Assembly (NCBI RefSeq): GCF_000284455.1
Contig: NC_017039.1
Coordinates: 1,110,001-1,142,000, forward strand
Direction of reading: 5' to 3'
DNA: 32,000 nt
Origin: Synechocystis sp. PCC 6803 substr. PCC-P
Lineage (GTDB): Bacteria; Cyanobacteriota; Cyanobacteriia; Cyanobacteriales; Microcystaceae
Each line of letters begins with the position of its first letter. Position 1 is the first letter of the stretch. Under the pieces are notes generated by a model, which made no database searches, was not told the origin of the DNA, and saw nothing but the letters and a program-made list of their open reading frames with translations. This document shows, piece by piece, positions 17,301-25,886 of the stretch. Made by a program: the position numbers and the translations under genes.

Positions 17301-20262
17301 TACCCTCCAGGGCCAAAGCTTGGGGACGAAATTCCGGTGCTAAGGGTAGTTGAGTTAACAGGGCATTAACGGGCAGTTGGGCAAAACTCAGGCCATTGCG
17401 GACATTGAGATTGACATTGGTTAATGCGGGTCGTTGATTAAAACTGCCCACACTTATCTTGCCCTGGGCAGAAACGGTTTGCTCCCCACTGCGGAACAAC
17501 GCCTGTTGTACTGTGACGGGAATGGCCTCCAAGTTTCCATCATTGGTAAATACATTGCCCAAGTTGCCCGCCAGCTTAACTTCTCCCTCCACTGGGGCAA
17601 GGGATACTCCATCGGTGCCGCCGTACTGAGCCAGAACGGGATTGAGGTTAATATCCTTGGCGGTGAGCCGACTTTGCCAGGCTAAATTTTTCAGAGCACT
17701 GACACTGGTTACAGTACCTCCGGCAACTTCCAAATCTACATTGGCGATCGCCGCTACTCGACTCAGATCCGGTTGAGCTTGCACCAAATCTGCTAAGTTT
17801 ACCCCCAGAGAAATTCGGCCCTTTTCCACCTGGGCCGGGAAGGGAATTTCTGGAGCTAGGGCATTGAGGGGAATGGCCACCACATTGGCGATCGCCGCCA
17901 GGTTGCCATTGAGCAAAGAACCGTTCACCGCTACGGGGCCATTGGCCACGGTTAGGTTCAATTGTCCTTGGCCTTGGAGACGGTTGAGGTCAAAACTGCG
18001 TAAAGCTTGCCAGGTGTTAATGTCCCCTACAAAAGCTTGGGCTTGGATTTCTCCGTTGTTCAACCTAGCCGCCACTGGTAACTGGAGCAAAAAGGTATTG
18101 AGAGAAATGGCTCCGAGATTGGCATTGGTTTGCACGGTGCCCTCCGCCAGTTGGGCATTGGCCGTAACTCGGCGATCGTCCACTAGGGCGGTGAACTGGG
18201 TACGACCTTCTATCTGTCCCAGGGGTAATTGCCCAGCGAGTAAGGGGGCTAACGGTAATTGGCTTTGGGCGGTGAGTTGGCTTAGGGCCACCGGAGCGGC
18301 TAAAGCAGGCAAGTAGTTATTAACGGCTATATTATTGGCTGCCACCTCAGCCTGGATTTGACCCCCTTGGAGACTGGCATTGATGGTGGCGGTTTGTTGG
18401 TTACTGGTTAATTGCAGTTCGGCATTGCCCTGCCAACGGTTGGGATCAAAAGTAAAAATTTCCCCACTCACATTGCCTTCGCCCCGATTGAGGGTGAGGG
18501 GTTGGGCCGCCAGTTGGGGTAAACAAAAATTACTTTTTTCCAAGCCACAAAGGGTTTGCAAAAAAGGTTGCAGGGGGAACTGGGTCGTATTCCAGCGGGC
18601 TTGCCAACGATCCTGGGCAAAATTGGCTTGGCCCTGCACGTTGAAAGAGCCTTCGTTGGTGCTTATCTGCGCTCCAGTTAAGGTCAATCGAGGGCCCGCC
18701 AAATTAGCTTCTCCCCTGGTGCTTAAGTTAAGACGACCCTGGCGATCGCCGTTGGTGGTTTGCCATTGCACATTGAACCGGGGATTGCCCAACGTGCCCC
18801 CCGCTTGGCCCGAAAAACCCAGGTTACCAACTTCTACCTCTTGCAAATTCAGGTCATAGGTATTTAACAAAGCCATGGTGGCGATCACCCCGGAGACTTG
18901 CCCGGCCACGGGAATGGTTTGCCATCGCCATTGGTCTGCTTCTGGGGTTAACAATTGGCGCAGTTTCCAAGGGGACTGGACCCGGGCCTGAATTTCTCCT
19001 CCACTGGTGGGGCGTAAACTGACATTGACTAAAGCAATTTGGTCTAAATCCGCCTGGAAATTTACCCCTAGGCGATCCAAAGGAACCCGGTCCACAGTTA
19101 CTGCAGCTACATTGGTTAACTGGCCCTGGAGTTGGGGGCTGGTGAGGGTTCCTTGCAATTGTCCCTGGGCTTGGACTTGTCCTGTGATGGGTAATGGTAG
19201 GGGCACCGCAATGGTGTCGAGGAAAGCGGCAGTGTCAATGGCCTTGGTGGTGAATTGGAGATCGTAGCCCGATCGCCAATCAATGGTGCCCTGGAGAGCA
19301 GCATTAAGGGGGCCAAGGTTGATCAGGCCCTGGTTAATCTGCAACTTTTGTCCGGTAAAACCTAGGTCTAAACCCACTTGCAAAGGAGCTTTAACCTTAT
19401 CGATGCGGGCCTGCAGTTGCTTCAACTCGACATTGCCGAGAGTTTGTAAAGCGGACCACTGTTGCCAACTAGGTAAACTGCCCCGCACCTGGCCAGAAAT
19501 TTCTCCGGTTTCCAAGGCCACTGGTAAAGGAGGTAATAGGCTGGCTAAAGCCGGTAAATCGAGGCGATTAATGGTGACATTGGTTTGACTTTCCCCCGTG
19601 TTGAGCACCGTTTGCCCCTGGGCCTGGAGATCACTGCCCAGGGATTGCACCCCCAAGTCGTAGCTAACAGTTTGGCGATCGCCTTGGCGTCGATATTGAT
19701 AACCTCCTTGACCGGCTGCAGTGATTTGTACTGGCTGTTGCAAACCTTGGGGTAACAGTTGCAATTGGGCATTTTGTACATTAACTCCCACCGTTAAATC
19801 CAGAGGCAGGGAAAAGGGTTTGTCCCCCTCCGGTAACTTAATGGTGGTCCATTGCCCCGTGGGTTTTTGCTCCAGGTTCACCTGGGGATTAATGATGGTG
19901 GCCCTAACTTCCACCGGTTGTCCCACCAGGAAAGGGAGGGGATTGACATCTATCTCAATGGCTTCAATGGCGATCGCCGTGGCATCATCAACGGTCCGGG
20001 GCAGGGAAGAAGCCCCAAGGCGCACCCCCAGTAAACGAAAATCTTCCACCGGGCCAATGTCCACCGGCCGACCCAACAATCTGGATAATTCCGACTCCAA
20101 AAACGGTGATGCTTCCCGGTAGGCCAGGTGTTGTCCCCCCAGATATAGGCCCGTACCAACCACCGTCAGTCCCCCTAGGGTGATCAAGGTGCTGGGTCTA
20201 GTTAGCCAACGTCTCAATTTGGCGATCGCCCCCGCACTGTGAGGGGAAGGATTATTGCTCAT
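14326..20262 (-). CDS. TamB / TIC236-like translocation-and-assembly-module protein (DUF490 C-terminus), 1978 aa
   Basis: It has a single N-terminal TM anchor (LITLGGLTVVGTGLYLGG). The body is very long, Q/G/N/L-rich and beta-strand-repetitive. The C-terminal block (LRADGTISLDRGRVSFLDTRF...IRYEKQF) looks like DUF490. Size and architecture fit cyanobacterial TamB homologues. Confidence 0.85.
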   Translation of the reverse strand: MSNNPSPHSAGAIAKLRRWLTRPSTLITLGGLTVVGTGLYLGGQHLAYREASPFLESELSRLLGRPVDIGPVEDFRLLGVRLGASSLPRTVDDATAIAIEAIEIDVNPLPFLVGQPVEVRATIINPQVNLEQKPTGQWTTIKLPEGDKPFSLPLDLTVGVNVQNAQLQLLPQGLQQPVQITAAGQGGYQYRRQGDRQTVSYDLGVQSLGSDLQAQGQTVLNTGESQTNVTINRLDLPALASLLPPLPVALETGEISGQVRGSLPSWQQWSALQTLGNVELKQLQARIDKVKAPLQVGLDLGFTGQKLQINQGLINLGPLNAALQGTIDWRSGYDLQFTTKAIDTAAFLDTIAVPLPLPITGQVQAQGQLQGTLTSPQLQGQLTNVAAVTVDRVPLDRLGVNFQADLDQIALVNVSLRPTSGGEIQARVQSPWKLRQLLTPEADQWRWQTIPVAGQVSGVIATMALLNTYDLNLQEVEVGNLGFSGQAGGTLGNPRFNVQWQTTNGDRQGRLNLSTRGEANLAGPRLTLTGAQISTNEGSFNVQGQANFAQDRWQARWNTTQFPLQPFLQTLCGLEKSNFCLPQLAAQPLTLNRGEGNVSGEIFTFDPNRWQGNAELQLTSNQQTATINASLQGGQIQAEVAANNIAVNNYLPALAAPVALSQLTAQSQLPLAPLLAGQLPLGQIEGRTQFTALVDDRRVTANAQLAEGTVQTNANLGAISLNTFLLQLPVAARLNNGEIQAQAFVGDINTWQALRSFDLNRLQGQGQLNLTVANGPVAVNGSLLNGNLAAIANVVAIPLNALAPEIPFPAQVEKGRISLGVNLADLVQAQPDLSRVAAIANVDLEVAGGTVTSVSALKNLAWQSRLTAKDINLNPVLAQYGGTDGVSLAPVEGEVKLAGNLGNVFTNDGNLEAIPVTVQQALFRSGEQTVSAQGKISVGSFNQRPALTNVNLNVRNGLSFAQLPVNALLTQLPLAPEFRPQALALEGSSQFTGQLTGRNVTGLGDLKLAGNLAVNNLAVNGFGFEPQLRGPLAVQLNQNVLLDLQGQVDRLAVNLQPCRGNCLFPYLPTSFNLRQAYEREKPILAQGKLNGDRLAMEVADFPVALLDLRPGLRYQIVEQLGGNFNADLVVNLRNGHGQGNLAIDGVTLGTTAIGEVTAALAYQNQTLQLKQGQLKTALGQYQAQGSLNFRTEAIEARVNVKDGDIAPLLAAANISDVGSLLRLTGLESTPKELADTIGPLSLGNPDGALENQLNLLYVIDQRIIALAQQYERGGVPTQLNVQGNFDAALNLNGTLRDPALALKVQGKNWSWYPQGPFPNIVPPIGLVMNETRFLPIEQFQLEAKFADGRLALLPSFVQIEESRLGAEGIFSLEKSQLQWSIKDFNLNNLDSFVEMPSAFGARLNAQGSFARTAAGPNLSGQFEFDQITLNARPVPEEVGGRFDYQNNLLQLVTSEASPLYLRADVPIYWNPQEAKTAEGPNTFSAEFKIPPNSLELLDVVSQEQLVWLGGEGSADLKVEGEIDQRNGIGISDLRALGKVSLNGAQIRSAALPTPVQVDGEILFNNTTIAIEQLTGQLDQSRIEVAGILPLFEPQPDLENPLQVSIKPTNITIPNLYQGNLAGFVTVQGSALAPSLTGDVALANGRFFVPDRSLENQPSRIAELRTRLGWFKGTRRSPMVEPQLNNLRITLDNLHIEQEPLYVFNFGGGLTVNGPLTNFDDLRADGTISLDRGRVSFLDTRFLLDRRAPNTITFSPNEELINPSLNIAMRTIVSDLPQSARMRSQETNEYPDDSLNQIERIDVRLTIDGSLSQILPNINPRYSAVCDPTVTFRPLTGVGSFDEFQLDRLSRCLQILAAQGVQNEQIFSNPALSLTSSPPRTEGEIVRLLGEQVIVLVDALQGKNSSQLLQVGITQLAIPMIFQGLVYDVETAISDKIKSTDFRVVPFLEAIYEVEDKGYMRFTYDYNFSQFIIRYEKQF

Positions 20263-20567
20263 GGATACTTGGCAAAATCAACTCAGTTCACGACTCACTG
20301 ACCATGGGGTCTAAAGGGACTAGACCACCGCCGGGGACGGTTAGTTTCTGTTTTAGCGAAGAAAGTGGCCTAGGGGGAAATTAGAACAAATTATTCAAGC
20401 CAATCAGGACTGACGATTTTGGAGGAGGAACAGCAGGCGTCTTAGACAAGTTTTTGCTCCATTTCTCCGTAATTAGCAGACTAGAACCAACTAAACTGAC
20501 TCCGATATTTTAGGACACAAGCCCGGGTTAAAGTTGAACATCCACCACAGCAAGCCGGCAAAAAACG

Positions 20568-21938
20568 TCACAATTGCTCATGGAAATAACGTTGGTACAA
20601 AGGACAACTGGCACTACATTGATCACCACTAAGGGTCACCAGACCCATACTTTCCAAACGATAGGCAATGGGGGGGTCTAATTGCACTGGATTTTCACTG
20701 TTCACCACCTGCTTCATGCTAGCGGCTAAGTCCGGTGCCCCGGTCAGTAAGCCCCACAGACGACGGAGATGATTGCTATAAATGCCACTCTGGGTGACGG
20801 CGTTGGCTAAAATGGTTGGTAGGTCCACATTGGTTTTTTGTACCGCATCCAAGGCCAAACGAATCAGATACGGATGGCCCCCCACCAGTTTACCGAGGGT
20901 TAATAAATTTTCCTCTTCAATTTGATTGTCATCAAAACCATAGGCGGCTTTAAGTTGCAGAATTTGTTCTTTGGTAAAACCGGTCAATTTCCATTGGCGA
21001 CCCACATTAAAAGGGGATTGGTTGGCATCTAGTTTGACGTAAGCTTCGGTGGAATTAGCAATAATTAAACGTAGCTTTTGCCATTGAGCCAGGTTATTAC
21101 TTTCTTCATGCCAATAGCGCAACATGGGCAGGAAGTCTTGGGCAATAACGGGAAACTCAAACAAGCGGTCTAGGTTATCAATGGCCATTACTAACGCCCG
21201 GTCAGTTTGACTAAGTAAATAATCCTGTACGTAGGTTTTACAACTAACTAAACTGCCAAATAATTCTTCATCCCAATAGTCATCTAAATTGGGTTTGATG
21301 CCCAATTCTCGACTTAAGTTGGCACAGAACCAACGCAAAAATTTATCTAGGCTACTAAACATGGCGCTTTCCGCCGTTTGTAGGTTGAGATAAATATGGC
21401 GATCGCCCGTTGCTTCCACTTCCGCCAGCAAAAATTGTAGAAGGGAAGTTTTACCCATTTTTTCCGGGGCTTTAATGCGCAAGAGGGCTCCCCCCCTGGT
21501 CAGTTCCTCCAGACATTGTTGTTCTGTGGGTAGCCGTAGAACATAGATAACGTTATCCCCCAGGGGACTGCCACGACCAACCGTCAGTGCGGGGGTAAGG
21601 CCATTAACGCCGACGGCAAACTGCTCACTCTGCCATTGGGGATATTTCACCTCCTTAAACCAGTCCCGCAACAATTGAAATTTACCCGGACCACGACTAC
21701 TGGCATCTAATTCTGGACAACCCCCTGGTTTATCATTGGCAAAAACTCCATAAATTTGGGTCATTTGCTTTTTGTAGGTTTCATGGCTGGCGGCTTCGGC
21801 AATTTCCCACACTTCCAGGTCGGACTTACGCCAATGCTCATAGGCAAAGCGGGCCAAAAACACCTCTTTTAGCTTGCCTCGCAGATTGTAGTCGTGGGTA
21901 ATGTCCAGTAAAAATTGGTTCCAACCAGTTGGTTTCAT
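20568..21938 (-). CDS. AAA_35-type (STAND-like) P-loop ATPase with an N-terminal HTH-like adaptor domain, ~456 aa
   Basis: Walker A is IKAPEKMGKTSLLQ and Walker B is ALVMAIDNLDRLFEF. Family blocks match my recollection of Pfam AAA_35 (PF14516): LDKFLRWFCANLSRELG, DDYWDE, IAQDFLPMLRYWHEE, WQKLRLI, NQSPFNVG, VGGHPYLIRLAL and SMGLV. I prefer the ATG at 21938 over the TTG at 21944. Confidence 0.8.
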   Translation of the reverse strand: MKPTGWNQFLLDITHDYNLRGKLKEVFLARFAYEHWRKSDLEVWEIAEAASHETYKKQMTQIYGVFANDKPGGCPELDASSRGPGKFQLLRDWFKEVKYPQWQSEQFAVGVNGLTPALTVGRGSPLGDNVIYVLRLPTEQQCLEELTRGGALLRIKAPEKMGKTSLLQFLLAEVEATGDRHIYLNLQTAESAMFSSLDKFLRWFCANLSRELGIKPNLDDYWDEELFGSLVSCKTYVQDYLLSQTDRALVMAIDNLDRLFEFPVIAQDFLPMLRYWHEESNNLAQWQKLRLIIANSTEAYVKLDANQSPFNVGRQWKLTGFTKEQILQLKAAYGFDDNQIEEENLLTLGKLVGGHPYLIRLALDAVQKTNVDLPTILANAVTQSGIYSNHLRRLWGLLTGAPDLAASMKQVVNSENPVQLDPPIAYRLESMGLVTLSGDQCSASCPLYQRYFHEQL

Positions 21939-22064
21939 CGACAAATATGGTCTCGGTAATTAGAGGCTAAGCTTTAGCTCAACCTGTTTAATGGTAGCGC
22001 TGAAAACTGCTATGATACCACTGACTAATTAACAATATTTTAGTACAAAAGAGGAGTTAAGCCC

Positions 22065-22502
22065 ATGGTTAAAAGTGCAAGGCAAGGGGCAGGCGGATTC
22101 TGGCGGGACTTTAAGGATTTCATCCTGCGGGGGAACGTAGTAGATCTGGCCGTAGCGGTAGTAATTGGTGGAGCTTTCACCAGTATTGTCAATGCTTTTG
22201 TGGCCTGGTTAATGGCAGTTTTGCTACAGCCAGTACTGGATCAAGCCGGTGTCAGTCAATTGCAGGATTTACCCTTGGGTTTGGGGGAATTAGTTATTGC
22301 TATAATTAACTTTTTAATCATTGCTTTTGTAATCTTCCTCATCATTAAAGCTATCGAAAAAATGCAACGAAAAAAAGCAGTGGAGGAAGAAATTGTGGCC
22401 GAAGCACAACCGGATCCGGTGCTGGAAGCCCAAACTAATTTAACTGATTCCATCAATCGCTTAATTACCACACTGGAAAATCAGCAATCTTCATCCCAAT
22501 AG
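22065..22502 (+). CDS. mscL: Large-conductance mechanosensitive channel
   Basis: It carries the canonical FKDFILRGNVVDLAVAVVIGGAFTSIVNAFV motif and two TM helices. An AAGAGGAG Shine-Dalgarno lies upstream. Confidence 0.95.
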   Translation: MVKSARQGAGGFWRDFKDFILRGNVVDLAVAVVIGGAFTSIVNAFVAWLMAVLLQPVLDQAGVSQLQDLPLGLGELVIAIINFLIIAFVIFLIIKAIEKMQRKKAVEEEIVAEAQPDPVLEAQTNLTDSINRLITTLENQQSSSQ

Positions 22503-22518
22503 ATAGTTAAAGATCATT

Positions 22519-23154
22519 TCAGTGATCACTTAACCAACCGATCGCCTGGCGGATCCACACTTCTGGATCTTCACTCTGGGCCACGTCTGGAACTTGACTG
22601 ACCATGGCGATCGCCTGCTGGATTTCCGTTTGGGTGTAACCCAATGCTAACAAGGTCATTTCCAGGTCTTCCAGGAGGGCAGTGGTGGGCAGAGTAGAGT
22701 CAGTTTCCCCGGTCCCCATTTGTAGTTTGTGCCATTGGGATAATTTAGTTTTTAGTTCTAGGGCTAACCTTTCCGCTCCCTTTTTCCCGACCCCCGGCGT
22801 TTGGCACAATTGTTTGACATTGCCCGTTACCACCGCTTGCACTAAGCCTTCCAAGCCCAACGTTTCAATTAGGGCGATCGCCAACTGGGCCCCAATGCCG
22901 GTTACTCCCATTAATTGACCAAATAAATCCCTTTCTGCCAGGCGGCCAAAACCAAAAAGAGCGATCTGGTCTTGGCGTACCAAGAGGTGGGTAAAAACCT
23001 GTTGGGGTTCCGGGGGGGGCGGAGTCCATTGTTGGGCTAAGGAATGGGGCACCTGCAACTCATAACCCACCCCATTAACGGACAAAATCAAAAACCAACG
23101 GTTCTGAATATTTTTTGTGACTGTAACAACCTGGCCCTGAAGAAATTGAATCAT
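22519..23154 (-). CDS. ruvA: Holliday junction DNA helicase subunit RuvA
   Basis: It has the N-terminal OB-fold MIQFLQGQV...VNGVGYELQV, HhH motifs (GVTGIGAQLAIALI, PGVGKKGAERLALEL) and a C-terminal domain III. Confidence 0.95.
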   Translation of the reverse strand: MIQFLQGQVVTVTKNIQNRWFLILSVNGVGYELQVPHSLAQQWTPPPPEPQQVFTHLLVRQDQIALFGFGRLAERDLFGQLMGVTGIGAQLAIALIETLGLEGLVQAVVTGNVKQLCQTPGVGKKGAERLALELKTKLSQWHKLQMGTGETDSTLPTTALLEDLEMTLLALGYTQTEIQQAIAMVSQVPDVAQSEDPEVWIRQAIGWLSDH

Positions 23155-23168
23155 AACTATTTTCGTAT

Positions 23169-23945
23169 CTAAATCAACTGGGCCGTAGCTTCAATGCCAA
23201 TGGCGATCGCCGCACCAAGAAACGTGTTGATACCATTAACCACCTCATTGGTGAGCCAGGGCCATTTATTTTGCAGAGTTGCACCAATTACACTCTCTAG
23301 ATTGGTGGCAATGAAAGCAGCCAGGGTAGAAAAAATTATTCCCCCAAAGGAAATTAGACCTACGCCGTAACCTAAAACTGCCAGGGCTAAACCCGCCGCA
23401 AATCCCGCCAAGGTGCCTTCTACACTTACCGCTCCTTCCGTCCCCCTGGGCACTGGTTGCAGGGTGGTGATTAAAAAGGTGTTTTTGCCGTAGGCTTTAC
23501 CCACTTCGCTGGCGGTAGTATCCGATAACTTAGTACTAAAACTAGCCACATAGCCCAATGCTAACCAGAGTTGCCATGGTTCCGGCCCAAAGGCGATCGC
23601 CAGGGCACAGAGGGCAGCAGTTAAAGCAGAACCCCAAACATTTTCCGGGCCCCGTTGGCCGGATCTTTTTTCGGCAATGCCCGCCGCTTCTTTTTCTTTT
23701 TGGCCAATGCGGGTCACAGCGGAACCCACAAAAAAGTAGGCTAAAACCACCAAATAACCCCGCCAACCCAGGGCCGCCCAAATAATCACCCCCAGCACCC
23801 AGGCATGGCCGTAGCCCCAGGGGGTTAACAGTTTCTTCGGGGCGATCGCCGCTAGGGCTAGTAAAAAACTGTTGAGAATAACAGCGCTAAGCCAGGGAAA
23901 CGCCAGACTTTGCCGCCAAATTTCGCTGAGCAGGGAATTGTCCAT
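23169..23945 (-). CDS. DUF92/TMEM19 (COG1836) integral membrane protein; homologue of plant VTE6 phytyl-phosphate kinase
   Basis: It is polytopic and Gly/Ala-rich, with a SDTTASEVGKAYG motif typical of DUF92. I recall the Synechocystis COG1836 protein (sll0875) as the VTE6 orthologue. It ends 14 nt upstream of ruvA on the same strand. Confidence 0.7.
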   Translation of the reverse strand: MDNSLLSEIWRQSLAFPWLSAVILNSFLLALAAIAPKKLLTPWGYGHAWVLGVIIWAALGWRGYLVVLAYFFVGSAVTRIGQKEKEAAGIAEKRSGQRGPENVWGSALTAALCALAIAFGPEPWQLWLALGYVASFSTKLSDTTASEVGKAYGKNTFLITTLQPVPRGTEGAVSVEGTLAGFAAGLALAVLGYGVGLISFGGIIFSTLAAFIATNLESVIGATLQNKWPWLTNEVVNGINTFLGAAIAIGIEATAQLI

Positions 23946-24133
23946 GGGAAAAATGCCAGAAGCATCGATGGTTGGTGGATCATTTGTTGATCATAGGATC
24001 GAGCTATGCCAACGACGATCGCCAGGAAAAGGGATTAAATTTTTCCGGGAGTCGGGCCCTAAGGCAGAATAAAGATTGAACTGTGCCAAAACAGTCTGAA
24101 GCAAAAGAGATTATCAGATTTTAGTCAAACACC

Positions 24134-25363
24134 ATGAGTGCATTGAACCATCAAATCATTGTTGTTGGGGGAGGAGCAGCCGGCATCACCGTGGCGGCCC
24201 AATTATTAAAGCAGAAACCCAAACTCGATCTGGCGATCGTGGAACCCTGCGATAAACACTATTACCAGCCCGCCTGGACCCTAGTGGGGGGCGGAGCCTT
24301 CGCCATGGAAGATACCATCAAACCGGAGCAGGATTGCATTCCCAGCGGTGCCAAATGGATCAAAGCCAGTGTGGCCAGTTTTGACCCGGAAAATAACTGC
24401 CTTACCCTCCAGGACGGCCGTAGTCTCAGCTACGAATATCTGGTGGTTTGTCCCGGCATTCAAATCAATTGGCATCTAATTCCGAGGCTCCAGGAATCCC
24501 TCGGTAAAAATGGCGTCACCAGCAACTACGATCGCCGTTATGCCCCCTACACCTGGGAACTGTTGCAAAACTTTAAAGGCGGCAATGCCCTGTTCACTTT
24601 TCCGGCCACCCCGATTAAATGTGCCGGAGCGCCGCAAAAAATCATGTATTTAGCCGACGAAACCTTCCGCAAAAATGGCGTGCGGGAGAAAACCAACATC
24701 ACCTATGGCGTGGCAGTGGGAAAAATCTTCGGCATTCCCGGCTACTGTGAATCTTTGGAAAAGGTGGCGGCAAAGAAAAATATTGACGTACGCTATCACC
24801 ACAATCTCAAAGCCATTAACCCCAACGCGAAAGAAGCCACTTTCACTGTCAATGGGAAAACGGAAGTGACTTTACCCTACGACATCATCCATGTGACCCC
24901 CCCCATGTCCGCCCCGGATTTCATTAAAAACAGTCCCCTGGCCGCAGAGGCCGGTGGTTGGGTCGATGTGGACAAATTCACCCTGCAACATAATCGCTAC
25001 GACAACGTATTTAGCTTGGGAGATGCCTCTTCCCTGCCCACTTCCCGGACAGCAGCGGCGGTGCGGAAACAAGCTCCTGTGGTCGCAACAAACCTTTTGG
25101 GTCTGTTAAACAGCAAAAAACCGTCTGCAGAATACGGTGGTTACACCTGTTGTCCCCTGGTTACCGGCTACGGCAAAACCATCATGGCGGAATTTGACTA
25201 TGGTGGCCAGCCCAAATCCAGTTTTCCCTTTGACCCCACCCAGGAGCGGTGGAGCATGTGGCTAGTGAAACGTTATGTTTTGCCCTGGCTGTACTGGAAT
25301 CGGATGCTCAAGGGAGAGTCCTTTGAACCGGACAAATGGAAGCCCCTGTTGGGGAAATCCTAG
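24134..25363 (+). CDS. FAD-dependent sulfide:quinone oxidoreductase-like flavoprotein (type II / SQRDL-like)
   Basis: It has the Rossmann motif IIVVGGGAAGITVAAQL. The HYYQPAWTLVGGG block resembles mitochondrial-type SQR as I recall it. It also has the CAGAPQK cysteine motif and a second dinucleotide-fold remnant, FSLGDAS. Confidence 0.75.
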   Translation: MSALNHQIIVVGGGAAGITVAAQLLKQKPKLDLAIVEPCDKHYYQPAWTLVGGGAFAMEDTIKPEQDCIPSGAKWIKASVASFDPENNCLTLQDGRSLSYEYLVVCPGIQINWHLIPRLQESLGKNGVTSNYDRRYAPYTWELLQNFKGGNALFTFPATPIKCAGAPQKIMYLADETFRKNGVREKTNITYGVAVGKIFGIPGYCESLEKVAAKKNIDVRYHHNLKAINPNAKEATFTVNGKTEVTLPYDIIHVTPPMSAPDFIKNSPLAAEAGGWVDVDKFTLQHNRYDNVFSLGDASSLPTSRTAAAVRKQAPVVATNLLGLLNSKKPSAEYGGYTCCPLVTGYGKTIMAEFDYGGQPKSSFPFDPTQERWSMWLVKRYVLPWLYWNRMLKGESFEPDKWKPLLGKS

Positions 25364-25591
25364 GGTCAGTTGACCGGGCGCTGGGGAGGGTTTTGGCTAA
25401 AATTTTCCCTTGTGAAGACATCTAGACAAATTGGCCATCAAATTCTGGCGGCAGGTGCTATGATCAGCCAGTGAGATTAAGGATCGGTAGACGCACTTGT
25501 TATGAGTGTTAGTGCATTGTTTATGGTTACGCTTAGCAGGCTTCTCTCCGAAACCCACTCTCTTTCTTTTCTCTGGTTTTGGAGCTAATTT

Positions 25592-25843
25592 ATGTCCATT
25601 TATGTCGGGAACCTTTCTTACCAAGCCACCGAAGATGACGTTTTGACTGTCTTCTCCGAGTATGGCACTGTTAAGCGGGTTCAACTTCCCACTGATCGGG
25701 AGACCGGTCGTATGCGGGGTTTTGGTTTCGTTGAAATGTCTTCCGATAAGGAAGAAGATGCCGCCATTGAAGCTCTGGATGGAGCCGAATGGATGGGGCG
25801 GGATCTCAAAGTTAATAAAGCAAGACCGAGAACCCCTCGTTAA
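25592..25843 (+). CDS. rbp2: RRM-type RNA-binding protein without a Gly-rich tail, 83 aa
   Basis: RNP2 is IYVGNL and RNP1 is RGFGFVEM. The short C-terminus fits the class lacking the glycine-rich domain. The rbp2 (ssr1480) assignment is from memory. Confidence 0.9.
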   Translation: MSIYVGNLSYQATEDDVLTVFSEYGTVKRVQLPTDRETGRMRGFGFVEMSSDKEEDAAIEALDGAEWMGRDLKVNKARPRTPR

Positions 25844-25886
25844 GTTTTTGCCTAATTACCTGAATTTAAGATTTCATTCGTTGTAG

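Noticed and set aside
14528-20159. Numerous 60-160-aa ORFs on the plus strand, and out-of-frame ORFs on the minus strand, inside the TamB-like gene (for example 17864-18316 and 18380-18859).
   Set aside because: All are nested in one uninterrupted 1978-codon frame with a consistent protein-like composition. The nested ORFs are Arg/Ser/Cys/Trp-rich shadow frames.
25397-25684. A 95-aa minus-strand ORF overlapping the rbp start and 5' UTR.
   Set aside because: The product is basic and low-complexity, has no motif, and overlaps a very confident RRM gene and its leader. It is most likely chance.
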